From Tubiluchus corallicola (taxonomy: Eukaryota; Animalia; Priapulida): 64,000 nt of DNA. Below, one piece after another: positions 1-13,214 of this stretch. The stretch lies in NCBI GenBank assembly GCA_030141605.1, contig JAQGDQ010000326.1:1-64000 (forward strand), in the 5' to 3' direction. How positions within the stretch are numbered: position 1 is the stretch's first letter; every line of letters starts with the position of its first letter. The position numbers were made by a program, and so were the translations under genes. The notes under the pieces were generated by a model, which searched no databases, was not told where the DNA came from, and was given only the letters and a program-made list of their open reading frames with translations.

Positions 1-2440
1 AATTTATACAAACAAATCTATTACAAATCCTACTCAAATAAATTAAATCATGTCAAAGAATCATCAAAAAAACAATATTACACTGAAACATTGCAAAAAC
101 ACAAGAATAACATGAAAAAAACTTGGGAAACAATAAACAGTATTATAAAAACTGATCCAAAAACACGACAAACACCAAGTAAGTTAACAATAAATAATGT
201 GGACTATACAGATACATATGATATTGCCAGTAAACTAAATGAGTTTTTTGTAAATATAGGCCCTGACATGGCTGCCAAAATACCTAAACCTAACATTAAT
301 TTTACTGACTTTTTAAAAAACCCTAACCCAAATTCTTTCTTCATTAATCCTATTACTGAAAATGAAACATGCACACTTTTAAACACACTTAATTCAAACA
401 AATCACCAGGACCACAAAATATACCAATATCTTTTTTTAAATCTGCAAGTCAAATTATTTCACCAATACTCACATTACTGTTTAATAAATCGGTTAATGC
501 TGGAACTTTTCCAAATATATTAAAAATAGCAAAAGTTATTCCTTTATATAAAACTGGCTCTCCACATGAACCTGGCAATTACAGACCAATATCTCTCTTA
601 TCACCAGTATCAAAAGTTTTTGAGAGGCTAATTTACAAGAGATTATACCAGTTTGTTGTGAAAAGTAATATCCTAAGTAAATACCAGTTTGGTTTCAGAA
701 AAAAATTATTCAACTGCCCTTGCTGTATCCGAATTAATAGACACGATCTCTCTAGACACTGACAAAAAATTACTGAATTGCGGAATATTTTTAGACTTAT
801 CAAAAGCTTTTGATACCGTACAGCATAGTATACTAATAGCCAAATTAAACTATTACGGCATCAGAGGGCTACCTTTGCAACTAATTCAGTTATATCTAAC
901 CAACAGAAAACAATTCATATCTATTAACAATGTATCATCAGACTATAAACACATATTGTGTGGGGTGCCACAAGGCTCCAATTTAGGACCTCTTCTATTC
1001 TTAATTTATATTAACGATCTTCCCACATGCAGCAATTTTCGAACCCGAATATTTGCCGATGACACTAATTTGTTCATGTCTGACTCCAATATAAATAATC
1101 TGCAAAAATCTGTTAATGACGAAATGAAAAAATAGACCTGTGGATGAGGGCAAACCAGCTATCAATTAACTACAAAAAAACCAAATTTATGATAATCAAC
1201 AATAAGCAAATTAACAATGCTAATAATCCAAAATTTCATATTATAATAAACAAACACAAAATTGAAGAAACAGACAACATCAAATACTTGGGCCTACTCA
1301 TTGATAATAAATTAACATGGGAACCACATATAAAACACATAACATACAAATTAAGTCGAATTACTGGAATAATTTTAAAAGTAAGGCACCACGTTGACCA
1401 ATATATTCTGAAACTTCTATATAATTCGTTAGTTTTCCCTTATTTACAATATTCCATCTTAACATGGGGTACGGCTTTTGCATCAACTCAAAAATTAATA
1501 CAGACACAACAAAACAAAATAGTAAAATTAATAACTTTTGCTCGCAAATATGATCATGCTACACCATCGTTCGTAAAATTAGAAATTTTAAAAGTAAGAG
1601 ATATTTACAATCTTGAGTTGTTCAAATTTATGTATAAATTCAATGCTGGTTTATTACCCGAACTTTTTAGTGAATATTTCACTAATGTTTCTGATATACA
1701 TTCCTACTCCACAAGAGCTGCTTCTAATGAACAGTATTTTGTGGAGAGATTTTTTTACCCGACATGGTTTCAATAGCTTAAAATCACGAGGAGTTAAATT
1801 ATGGAACTCGTTGCCAAAAGATACCTTTGGCGGTAGCTTATTTTCTGCTTCCAAAAAATACACAAAATTCTTACTAAATGAATATACCTGTAATACATAA
1901 CTTGTAAGACAAATAAGCAAGCTATCAAGTGTGTTTTTTTCTTCTCATCTCCTAAGTAATTGTTGCTCTTTCTTATACTTACTTTTTCTCTTAAGTTTTC
2001 TATATTACACTTTTTTTTGATACTTATTTTATCTCTCCATACAGTCAAAATCCCCTGTCAATAAGGCCCCTATTTGAAAATATATATAATAATAATAATA
2101 ATAATAATCATAATTACTTGTATTAATTGTATTGTTTTGTTTAGATTTCGGTGTCATCTAACTTTATTATTTTTTGTTTTCACTTATACTGTTTTCATTT
2201 ATACTTTGTTTTTATTTATACTGTTTATTATTATTATTTTTCCTATTTGATTTTGTTATCCGCAGTCTCACCATTTACTTTTAATATACTAATTTAATTA
2301 TAAGACAGGGTAGGAGACTAGATGACCCTATGGTCCTTCCCTGCCCTGCTCCACTACTATAATTAAGTAATATTTAAAAAAACTTGTCATGTCAAACAAA
2401 TGGAGAAAATAAATGTTCTATGTCTATGTCTATGTCTATG
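1..2440 (+). mobile_element. CR1/L2-group non-LTR retrotransposon, copy A: 3' part of ORF2 (reverse transcriptase, frameshifted), 3' UTR and (TCTATG)n tail; starts before the window; lies antisense within an ETFDH intron
   Basis: ORF pieces 91-762, 689-1135, 1144-1776 and 1613-1900 join into an RT with NYRPISLL, QFGFR, FLDLSKAFDTV, GVPQGSNLGPLLFLIYINDL, FADDT and KYLG. The frameshifts fall at A/T homopolymer runs. The element ends GGAGAAAATAAATGT followed by four TCTATG units (2417-2440). Confidence 0.93.
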
Positions 2441-3090
2441 TATCTATTGAAAAGAAAGAAGAAATACTATAACCAAGTGCCCCTTTGATACGTTGAGGTG
2501 AGCACAGGTGAATTTACAACAGAATATCTAATTATTAGTTAACTAATTAACAAGTTTACTAACAAACAGAGATAAGGTCTAGATAATTTTCCCAGTCTTC
2601 CGCACTTGGCAATGGCTTTCAAAAGCTTTAATAAAACAAACTCAAGCACCTCGCCTCATTTTAAAAGAAAAGAAAATCATTAGTAAAATTAAAAACTATC
2701 CAGTCTTTAAAATGGACAGGGACATTAAGGGACCTCTTACTAAGCAACACTTTAGATACCAAGTATAGTAACTTATAACAGCAACCTTTCAAAGATTATT
2801 CAGTCTTTCTGGAAACCCAGTATGGGACAATACGGAATTTCCTGGTTTAATCCTTATCTAAAAGTTAAATATATTTAACCATAACCAACTCATCAGTAAG
2901 TTTGGAAAAACACAGTAGAGTTTATGCAACATCTTTGATCAGTGGATTCTGCTCTGTATCAATTTTATGATATTTATTTTCTTGCAACGCAGCCATCACA
3001 AACAATGTAACTTTTCCTTTATTGTTTTAAAAAGGAAAAAATTGCATACATAATAAATCCTTTCCAAAAGATTTTAACAATGATTCAAAC

Positions 3091-6000
3091 CTGGTAACAT
3101 TGGAACAGGTATCCGCTTAGATTCTGTTAAAATACTGAACTTGTCTTCAGTTACAGGATTGTGCAGTGGAGCCTGCAAAAGCAAACAAACAAAGTAAGTC
3201 TATAATAAAACGTTTCCAATCAACTAACCACAAATTTACAGTTGATCTTCACAAGTGCATTTAAATCTCAGATGCCATGTAAATGTGCAATGCCAATAAT
3301 CAGAACTGTAACTAGTATTTCATTAATATTAAACATTGACACCAATCTCTACAAAATCAGTATATGTCAAATGGGCAAACTCATCACGGAAAAAGAAACC
3401 TGCTATTTAATGGTCAGTGCAAGTCATCTAAAACAAAATCTGCGGTGCTTATCGTCGTCTTTTCAAGCAACGTAATGGTTTTAGTACTTGGGTGGGCAAA
3501 CCAAATCATATATATTACACAACTTACCCCTTTCGCAGCCCAGTCAGGTATCAATTCATTGAGAGCATGAGGCTCTAAACAATTGCCCGATAAAATGTGA
3601 AGCCCTAAAAAAAAGATTCGTCATGACTTACAATTTGTCACAAGTTGAAGCTTGCACTTGGTAACTCTGTGCAATATATGAAGCTTATTTGCAAAACTAT
3701 AGATAGTGAAGGTGTTTATAAGTGTATACTTATGCCTATAATGTGTATAATTTTGTAAATCTGCTGTACATCAATATATGTGTGTGTTTATAATTTTACT
3801 AATCTGTTGTGAGAAGTATGTTGTAATAATTGTATTTTAGTAGCCATATTTTGTTTAATTATAATATGTTCTAGTAGATTAGAGTGATGTTATTGCCAAT
3901 TAACCGTCTAGTCATGAATTTCTTCTAGTAATCATCATCAAATGATTCACAGGTATGCTGTGACATTGCTTGTCGCAGTGTACATTTTATATTCAATTAC
4001 TTGTCAATTGCATGTGTTTTAATGACAATCTTATAGGGTACTTTTGTGGCTATCAAGGGCATGCCTATTTTTGTGACTGTTTTTCACATCAAAATATTGT
4101 GGTGCGATTGCACAATTATTTGTGACTGTTCACTTTCAATATAGCGTAATTCACGTCATTGCAGTTAAAATTCGGGACCTACATTTCAAACAACTTTAAA
4201 GTGTGTATTAACACTTTGAGTGAATACAGAGCCCCATCATATCATCAAACAGAAAATGAAAAAAAAAAGAAATTTTACACAAGTTATAAAATAATTAATA
4301 ACATAACCAATAAAAGTACATATGTTTTAAGATCAACGCTACCTATTTCAACGGCTTTTTCTACCAGACATACTCTGAAATCCTCATTGCCAGCTTCATT
4401 AGCAAGTTGCTTTAATCGTATAGCAGCAGACATGCCTGCAGGTCCACCACCAACAATCAGCACATCACACTCATCCGATACTCTCTCCATGTCTATATCT
4501 AAAAAACATTGATAGAAAAATTTTACGTTGGTAGACAAATTTATAATAAATTTTCTACAAATGGCAAGTAATTTGTTATACACAAACAAAGATAGTATTA
4601 CTGTATTTGATGTTTGGGCCACTCGCTTGTGCAGTAACTCTATAAGGACATCTACTTTGTCATGATACTGGTCTCCTTCATGTAATACATTTTTGGTTAA
4701 TTTTCACGTTATAATGTCACAGTAAACGTACTTCATATTCTAAATTTTCTGAAAAAACAAATTTCATTGCAATGGTAAATGGTGTTTTAATTGAAAGACT
4801 TAAAGGAACTGACAGAAGCGCATAATACGAAACATGGCACATGCATTTAAACTTTTGTACGTGCAGATGCAGGTGCAAGTAGATCATTGCTTTGCTTTCT
4901 GAACAGGCTAAAAACACTGTGCTCTGCTTCCCACATTTTCATCAAAGTTTTTTTTATGTTCACCAACCTTCACTTTTCAGCATTAGCCTTCTAATAATTC
5001 ACTTAGGTTCTCAAAACTTTGTACAAATTTACCTATACTTTAAGATTTTAAGTAAAGCTACTGGTCATAAATTTTATTCAAATTTCCACCAATTTTGTTA
5101 CGTAGCACTTAATGAAATGAAATGGTTATATGAAAAACAGTATATGTATCCCTGAACGTACGTCTAACAAGTAATCTTGTTAACCAGTTTATAAATGTTG
5201 ATTAACAAGGATGTCAAAGAGAAGTTCCTATTGAAATCAGATCTGAAACTGTCAGATTTAATATTTAAGTGGAACACCATAGTTAATTAAAACACGAACA
5301 TGATATAATGCTAAAATTTATCTACTACAGCAGGTTTTGAAAAACAATCTTGAATCTGACATATGTTTACAATGACTGCTGTTAAACATAGACATTGTAA
5401 AATCTGTATACAGAAAAGAACTTGGCAGGAAGATACAAATGACTTTATAAACCTAGGTGTGAAATTTAAAAATCACTAATTGGGTAGGTACAAATACCTT
5501 CATGAAATAGGTGCCATATGCTGCCTCGACAGCATTTCTGAATAAAAATGTTAATAAATGTCATTTAATAATTAGTAACAGATCACGTGACAGCTAAAGT
5601 AGTACCTGCAATGATTACCTTTCCATCTTTCATCAGTCTCCCTTGGAACGATACTGTAATGAGTTGTTATCTTAGGAACTGTAACATCACTAAGACTTCT
5701 CTGCACTTGGCGAGATAAACTCTGCACTGAAAATTAAACAATTAATGTGTATCGGTGACTATTAAAATTCCAAGGCATTAATTCTAATATATATAATAGA
5801 AATGCTGTCCCTAAAGGTTTAATAGTAGCTTCTTCAATTAGTTTCTCTTTACTATGGATAGGTGGCTCTGACCGATTGCTGATTAGATCTGCTTTGGTCA
5901 TGTAGGTTAATACCCCGTGTATCAGCGGCTAGAGCGTGTAATCTGAAACAGTAAGATCCCGTTCGACTCAGTTTTTGTTAGAGCTTCCTCGGGCTTCTAA

Positions 6001-8465
6001 ATTTGACCGTTCATTCACAATGCAATTAACGATCAGCCCAATTCTTTATTTGTCTATTAATAATCACTAATTTAATAAAATTCCTAATGATTCGAAACAA
6101 ATAAAACAGAAATAATAACACTTCTACCTTCACTTCCCTAATGGATAGCAAAGTTGTTGTGCAATAACTTGGATTACTTTACCAATTTGTTAATTTTTAA
6201 AATTCGCTCTTAGCAAGGTAAATCAATACTCTACAAGACTGGCATCTCAAATCACACATTAATTTTCAATCATGCATAACAGAATTAAGTCTCAGAACCG
6301 GCCTTAGGAGGTGCAGGTCCCAGTTGAAATTGGTTATTTATATTTCTATGGCAAAATATAAATAAATAAGAATGCTGCACTTAGTGTAGCACATGTAAGT
6401 AAACGGGCAAAGCAGCTACACCTCTATATAAAAAAGCATATTTGTGAGGCCGACAAGTAGCCAACAAAATGTGTTGATCACCACTGAAAACTACCCTTTG
6501 TGGATACCTGTACATGAGTGCTCGAATCTGATTCTGTCTGAATATAACATGTTTTATATTTTGTGTCCAGATAAAGATGCACTATAATATTTTATCATAT
6601 GATACAGCTAAAATTTTTTATAGGTTTACAAGACATATAAAAGCTGTTACACCAAAGATTACAGCACAGATTGCACATATTGAAGGTTAAGGCAAAACAG
6701 CAAAAGTAGTGATGTTTACGATTGATGTGCTCCAATAGATATAAATACTGAAGTTATCTTTTGGACTACTTAACTAATAGCCACCGAAGCTAAAAGCTGA
6801 CAGGCAGTAATAGCTGGTATTGCTGCTAATAAATTGACGGCGATCACTATATACAATGCATAGTTGGACATTACAATCGTAGTTGTACACAGATTACTAC
6901 CCTTTAGTGCAGGGTTGCCTGAGGCAAGGGCTCGATTTGGAGAAATTAGTCCAAATGATCTAAGGCCAGACAGGTCTCTTTATTCTGTCTGTTAGCTGCA
7001 CCAAACCAGTTTATTTAATTAGCACTTGTATTCTGATTTGATGTGAAAGTTCAAAAATTGCACTTTAAACCATAACGGCAGAATTTAATCAGATGGAAAT
7101 ACTGATTTAAGAATGTTATGCATTCTCTAAAATTACGTGCTAAATCTAAGATTTATAACAAGTTATTAGTATCATCTGCTTCACACTTGGGATGACTCTG
7201 AAGTTGGATGTTTGGAATTAAAATAAATAATGTGGGAAGGTGACCCCGTCTGGCATAATTTCTAAGATACGATATCCTTTCACTTTAGCGCTCTGCATCA
7301 GTAAATTTTTCTAGTGTAGTAAGTAAGGATTACCCCATATTAAATGAGTAATGTCAATCGGCAAATTCTAGTGAATGAGGCCTGTAGCATGCACTTCATT
7401 ACACCTATATTTTAAGTATTAAAAATGGCTAGCCAGCTGAGAATATTATTAAAACTAACAGCACAGTTAACTAATTCTAAAACAAGCAAAGGAAACATAT
7501 TTTGTGTATGATTATACATTTATAATGATTTGTTTTCTCCACGTTGTGTATGCATATGTCAGTAACCGGCCATGGTATGTATGGGATGTTTCTTTTGGAA
7601 CATCAGAGATAAGTAGAACAAATACATAGAAGTTAGCACAGCACATCGCAAAAAGTTATACCAAAACTCTTGCTTTATGCAATTGAAGTCTCGTTATAAG
7701 TTATACAAAGATACAGATCATAACTGTGATACGTATTAAAATGTGTAGGAACAAATCCGCTCTGTATTTAATTTCAGTTGCGTAGGATACCAAGTTAAAC
7801 TATAAAATACATTTTATAGCCTAACAAATAAAGTATTATATTACAACTACTACAGGAATGAAACCTACGATACTGAAATTACTACAAAAACAGTCAGTGT
7901 CGGAATCATTTGAAACACTTTTACAACACGAGATGAAGAACGCAACATTAGATGCAAATCTATTCGAGAAAAAAGGAAAACGAGCATTTTTTGTTCTTGA
8001 AACCGTTTCTTTACAAAACGGACTTGTAAAATGGTAAGTTACGAAACCTGGTGCTACTTTCAGGAGTTTAGTAAGCAGGCATTGGCAAGCAAGAACATAA
8101 TAATGTTGATCGCATTCTGGGCCTTGGAAATACAATAAAGCATGAAAAATGGCAATTGGAAAAAAGTAATTGGGTAATTTTCAGTCACGATTCAAAAGTG
8201 TTGAGCTCTCGATGGTACAGAATACTATTTATAGACATTCGAAAAGGAAAGTAAGAGGTGATCACGAATCGAGTAAATATTTATGACAAGGTATCTTACA
8301 GAAGTGCCTATCTGCACAACAGTGTGAAGACCGAAGTAATAATCGTAAAACAACGCTTCCGTGAAAAATATACAAATAACTACTCGTTACTTTTTACCAA
8401 CCGAATTTAAATTAAAAAATACCTGCACGACACAATTTAACAGAAGACTTCAAGAACGACGCCAT
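3091..8465 (-). CDS. ETFDH: Electron transfer flavoprotein-ubiquinone oxidoreductase, mitochondrial; first five coding exons, gene continues past the left edge
   Basis: Exons (minus): 8465-8423, 5726-5619, 4498-4343, 3604-3528, 3172-3091. All have GT-AG boundaries with matching phases. Translation: [21 protein letters not shown]...[52 protein letters not shown]...[65 protein letters not shown]. This has a presequence-like N-terminus, the FAD-binding GxGxxG motif and ETF-QO-specific motifs. Confidence 0.95.
5913..5972 (+). mobile_element. Degenerate tRNA-derived SINE-like head in ETFDH intron 1
   Basis: A-box-like TGTATCAGCGG and B-box-like GTTCGACTC at tRNA spacing; no complete cloverleaf. 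Confidence 0.35.
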
Positions 8466-8965
8466 GACACTGAAGGCACCAGCGAGATTTTGGATTATTT
8501 TTACGACCAATCCACTTGATGAAATTTAATATTGATTGATCAATCCCTGCAAGGCCCTTTCAAGAAAACCCCGTCTTTTGAAGAGGCCTTGGTCCAAACT
8601 TCGAAATTTGTATGTTTCTCTGTTTTAGACAATTGCAATGCTATGGATACTATTTTTCAAGATAACCTATGGTACTCTCCGCAGTTATAAATTTAGTTTA
8701 AAACAAATGCTATGTTAATGATTGTTTAGAGATTCTTAATGATCTTCTCTTTTGAGAATTAATATCAGGACGTCAGGTACAACCTTCTAAAATGATTTAT
8801 TAAATGTCTTAAATAATCTTATAGATGTACAAGCATTATTGTAATATTTTGCCTAAAACTGAACTAGTGAATAGAGATTGCATAAGCCGTATTAGCAAAA
8901 TTATTGATTTTTAACAACTAAATATCGCAGGAAGAAGAGGAAGTATCAAATGAATGGAACTGCTC

Positions 8966-10796
8966 AGTTGGTTCCTCAGGTGAGTCAGCTTTAAATACAG
9001 GTGTCATTTTAGCTATTTTGAGAAAGTCGGGAAAGACTCCTTGTGTAACTGATAGGTTGAAAAGATGGGTTAAAATGGGGACAATTTTATTAGCAGCAAG
9101 CTTATAGTATTTAACAGGTATGTTTTCGTGACCAGTAGACTTTGATTCATTGAGCTAATTAATTTCAGCTTTTATTTCGGCTTGTGTCACTGGGTAAAAA
9201 ATATTGTTTTTTCATTTCTGTTTGTTAAATGTGAGTCAAAACTAACTAGTGATGGTGGAATTTTTGGCCATATTTTCGCTAATAGATTGAAAAAAGTTGT
9301 TAAAAGCATTTGCAATTTCCATTTTATCTGTTAATGTGCGGCCATTGTATTTGAGTTTCTCAGGTGCTGATTGAGTTTTGTTATTTCTACCTAGTATGTT
9401 AATAATATTCATCCATGACTTTTTATATTGTTGCTGTGTACTGTAAATAAGTTTTCGTAAAAAAATTTCTTAGCAATGTTTTTTAGATGATCCAGCCTAT
9501 TTGAGTATACTTTATATACGTTTCTGTCATATTCCGAAGGTGATATTTTATGTGTTTTGTACATTGTGCTTCGTTTTCGAATTAAAGTTAATAACGCTGG
9601 AGTAATCCAAGGTTTGTTAAATGTTTTGCTTTCCTTTCTTGACAAGGTCCTTATAGGGGCATGGATATTTAGGACGTGGGAAAAGTTTTCGAAGAAATTT
9701 GTAAAAGCATCATTAGTATCAGCGATATTAAGTGTGTTTACTAACAATTTTTCAAGATCTTGTAAAAAGGACTCCGTATTGAAATTTTTTTATCTCGTAT
9801 AGTTATTTTAGTTTTAGCTTTGACTAGGTGAGCAGATTTTACAATTATAAATATAGGAAAGTGATCAGCTACTTCACTAAGTATGATACCAGAAACTATG
9901 CGGTTCTGATGTGAGTTTGTATAGAAATGGTCTATAAGTGTTTGTGAAGTATGAGTAATTCTGGTCGGATATGTTATTAAGGGTGTATAGCAATTTGTAA
10001 ATAGCATGTTAAGATAATCATTTACTTGTGATTTTTGTTCATACTGTAGTAGATTTATGTTTGTGTCGCCGCAGATATATGCGGTTCTTCCAGATCTGTT
10101 TATTTTAGATAAGACTCTTTCAGCCTCTTCCCGAAAGTGCTGTAGTGAAATGTTTAGGTGTCTGTAGATGACCCCAAAAATGACTGGTTTGCAGTTATTT
10201 GCTGTTTTTAACTCTAGCCAAAGTTGCTCTACCTGTATCCTACTGGTCAAATTATTTTGTGTTTTTATAGCAGCTATTTGATAGTCTGTGTTTACTGAAA
10301 ATGAGATGTTTCGTTTTATGTAGATTCCTACTCCACCAGCATTTGTTTGTGAATTTACATTTAAAAATAAATAACCTGGTATATCACAAAGAAATGCTGC
10401 GTTGCTTTGCAGTTTTGTTTCAGAAATGGCGATAGCATCTGGTGGGTTATCCTCAAAATGTGCTAATACATCAAGCATGTTTGAGAAGCTTTTTGATAGA
10501 CTTCGAGTATTAAAATGTATAAAGAACATGTCATTTTTGTTTACAACTTAATCAGAGTTTTGTCTCAAAGCAGCGAGCTTGTAGTATTTGCACATATTGA
10601 AGTTTGTGTAATGATCTGGATCCTGTTCATTTGGGGTGAAAACTGATGATAAATTTTTTAAAATATTGCTCATTTGGCTTGCACTGAAAATGTCTCTTAG
10701 CTCGTCATTTTCAGTGCTTTGAAAGGGAAGTATTCTATTTATACATGGCTGACAATAAAAAGGAATGTCTGAATTAGCAATTACCGTATTACACAT
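8966..10796 (-). mobile_element. Internal fragment of a second CR1/L2-group LINE family (end of PHD finger, APE endonuclease, start of RT linker), truncated at both ends
   Basis: ORFs 10548-10796 (FYCQPCINRILPFQ), 9741-10529 (HFNTRSL, IAISETKL, GGVGIYI, GVIYRH, ICGDTNINLL, TLIDHFYTN, ADHFPIF) and 9409-9747 (KPWIT). Degenerate coding continues to GVFPDFLKIAKMTPVFKADSPEEP near 8966. Clearly diverged from copies A and B. Confidence 0.9.
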
Positions 10797-12960
10797 ACGA
10801 ATATTGTAGTATTACTTACGAGATTATCATTGTGACACAATTTTTATTTCTCACAAAAATTACATTTTTTCATCATAAGCTTTCGTTGCTCATGAACTTC
10901 ATCAGCTAAAATCAACTTGATATAGCACATATCTTTCATTTTGACTTCCCTTGCCGTTTATGACCATCGCTAATCTCAGAAGAGCTCCAGCTTATTTTTA
11001 GAAGCTAATTTGTCTGATATCCTTCTGTGATTACAGACTCATCATCATGACGTTTTCTGTAAGGACTCATACCGAATTTCTTAAAAAAATTTGTACGTTA
11101 CAAATTTGTATGAATGTTGTTATTATTACTGTAGAAATCTTACAAATATTGGACAAAATTGTAAAAAAGTCAGAATCAATAATATTAATTTAATAAACAC
11201 TTTATTTTGCAGGTAATACATAAGCAGTATTTACAAAAGGTTCAACGATTAAAACAACAAATTTACAGATTTGTCAGTAACATAACATACATGCAAACGA
11301 ATTTTTAAAGAACTTTACAATATATCACTTAACCATGATATACACTTGCAAAAACGTAAAAAGAATGAACAAACAAACGTCAAGTAAAGAAATATTAAAA
11401 AAAGATGACTACAGTAGCTGTACTCAAGCAAGACTTTATCAAGGCAGTACAGTGTACATAACTACCTAAACATTTCGCAAACTTTACTCTAGTGCAAAGC
11501 TAAAAATGATCAACTGGATATACATGTATATCAAGCATAATGATTACAATGGTTTTGGCACAGCCTATTTCAACGTCAACATCTTAATAGGCGAGAGAGA
11601 GAGAGAGAGAAAGATCATGAGAGAGGACAAAGGAGAGAGATTAATTTACCAAAATGTAGAATATATGTATCCAATATACCAAAATAATCATGTTACTGTG
11701 CCCAAGTTTCCTTTAACTGCCACAACTTAACAAAACAGTCTGTGTACAAATTACCCAGGTGCACAAGTTATGGAAACAGCAAGTTGAAATTCCCTACAGG
11801 ACATGTGTTTAACAAATTGCCTTGTGACATACTCGGCAAAAAAATTCTTGTAACACTTTTATAATTAACTATGTATGCAGCTAATGACAATTTTCTTTCA
11901 CCACATTTAAATATAGGTTGTATCACATCAGACAGAAAAAAGCAAACTTAATATAATCTACAGCCTACTTTTGGAAAGGATGCATACTTATATCAAGTTC
12001 CATATTTGCAATTTTGAAAACTCTACACTTGCAAAACACAAGTTACCCGTAAAACAAAATTTTTTCAATGATTCTAAATTATTAATTATACTAATATTTA
12101 ACACATAGCAGAAAAGAGTATGTTAACAACACTACACTGCTCAAGTTAAATTACTGAATTGCAACGGAAATAAGTTGTTTAAACTTTTTTTGTTCCACTA
12201 TGATTCCAATTAACTAAATAAAAGTACGTCACTAAATAAAAGGCAAAGAAGGCCTCTGGCATAATTTTTAGAAAGCGTATACCCATGGCTTAAGCTGTAC
12301 CCACTGGATATGTTCGAATTCATCTACAAGCACATACCGTATCTAAAAATGTACAGACATATGTCAAGAAAATATGGTATATAATGGTAGACTAGATAAA
12401 GCTGACCAGGATGTCAGAAATCTTTATGATTTGCATGTGTTTATTGCATGTTTTTCAAATTTCCTAATTAAATAATTAAGTTTTATCACTTTATTTTTAC
12501 TTCTGCGAGTAATATTTTACAGTTTCACTAGACCTACAAAAATTCATAATTTAACATATTAAATATGTTGTAATTTTGTGTTACATTAAAGCATCTACAT
12601 ACAATTTCTGGGCTACTGCATGTACCTCTACCTTGACACCTACTACCCTTCTGTAACACTACATATTGTATGCAGTTCTACATGCCCTAAGTTTAGCTGC
12701 TTTTGTACATAAGGGTTGCAAAAGCTAGGATAAATTTGAACAAATGTAACAGATCTACATCTGCTCTTCTTATTTGTTATGAAAGTTCTTATATAACACT
12801 CGAATTGTACATATCTTTTGTTGAAGGACCACGTCTGATTTTTTCAAAAACTTAAAATCTGTAAAATCAACAAACAATGCAAATCTCAGTTTCAAATGAA
12901 ACCATCAATAAACTTTAAAAACTGATGAGTGGCATTGTGCATCCATAATAAAAGTAAGGA

Positions 12961-13214
12961 GGTAGTCAATTGCAATAAGGTTTATTAGTATTAACAGTAT
13001 TTCGGGAAACCACTGCTCCCTTCATTAGGTCACATAAAATTAATCACACAGAATTCCAGATCTAAACACATCACACAACAATTTTATTTTGCTTCTAGAA
13101 TGTTTATGTGGCATTCTGGAATTTTACCTGATTAATTCTATTTAACATGATGTAAGGTACAATGGTTTTCCAAACTATTGTTAATACTAACGAACCTTGT
13201 TGTGATTAACAATC
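12961..13214. repeat. ~250-bp imperfect inverted repeat (foldback) with hammerhead-like cores, probably a Penelope-like element relic
   Basis: The reverse complement of the left arm (ACCTAATGAAGGGAGCAGTGGTTTCCCGAAATACTGTTAATACTAATAAACCTTATTGCAATT) aligns with the right arm (ACATGATGTAAGGTACAATGGTTTTCCAAACTATTGTTAATACTAACGAACCTTGTTGTGATT). The inner arms also pair (AATTAATCA..GAATTCCAGA with TCTGGAATT..TGATTAATT). Confidence 0.75.
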
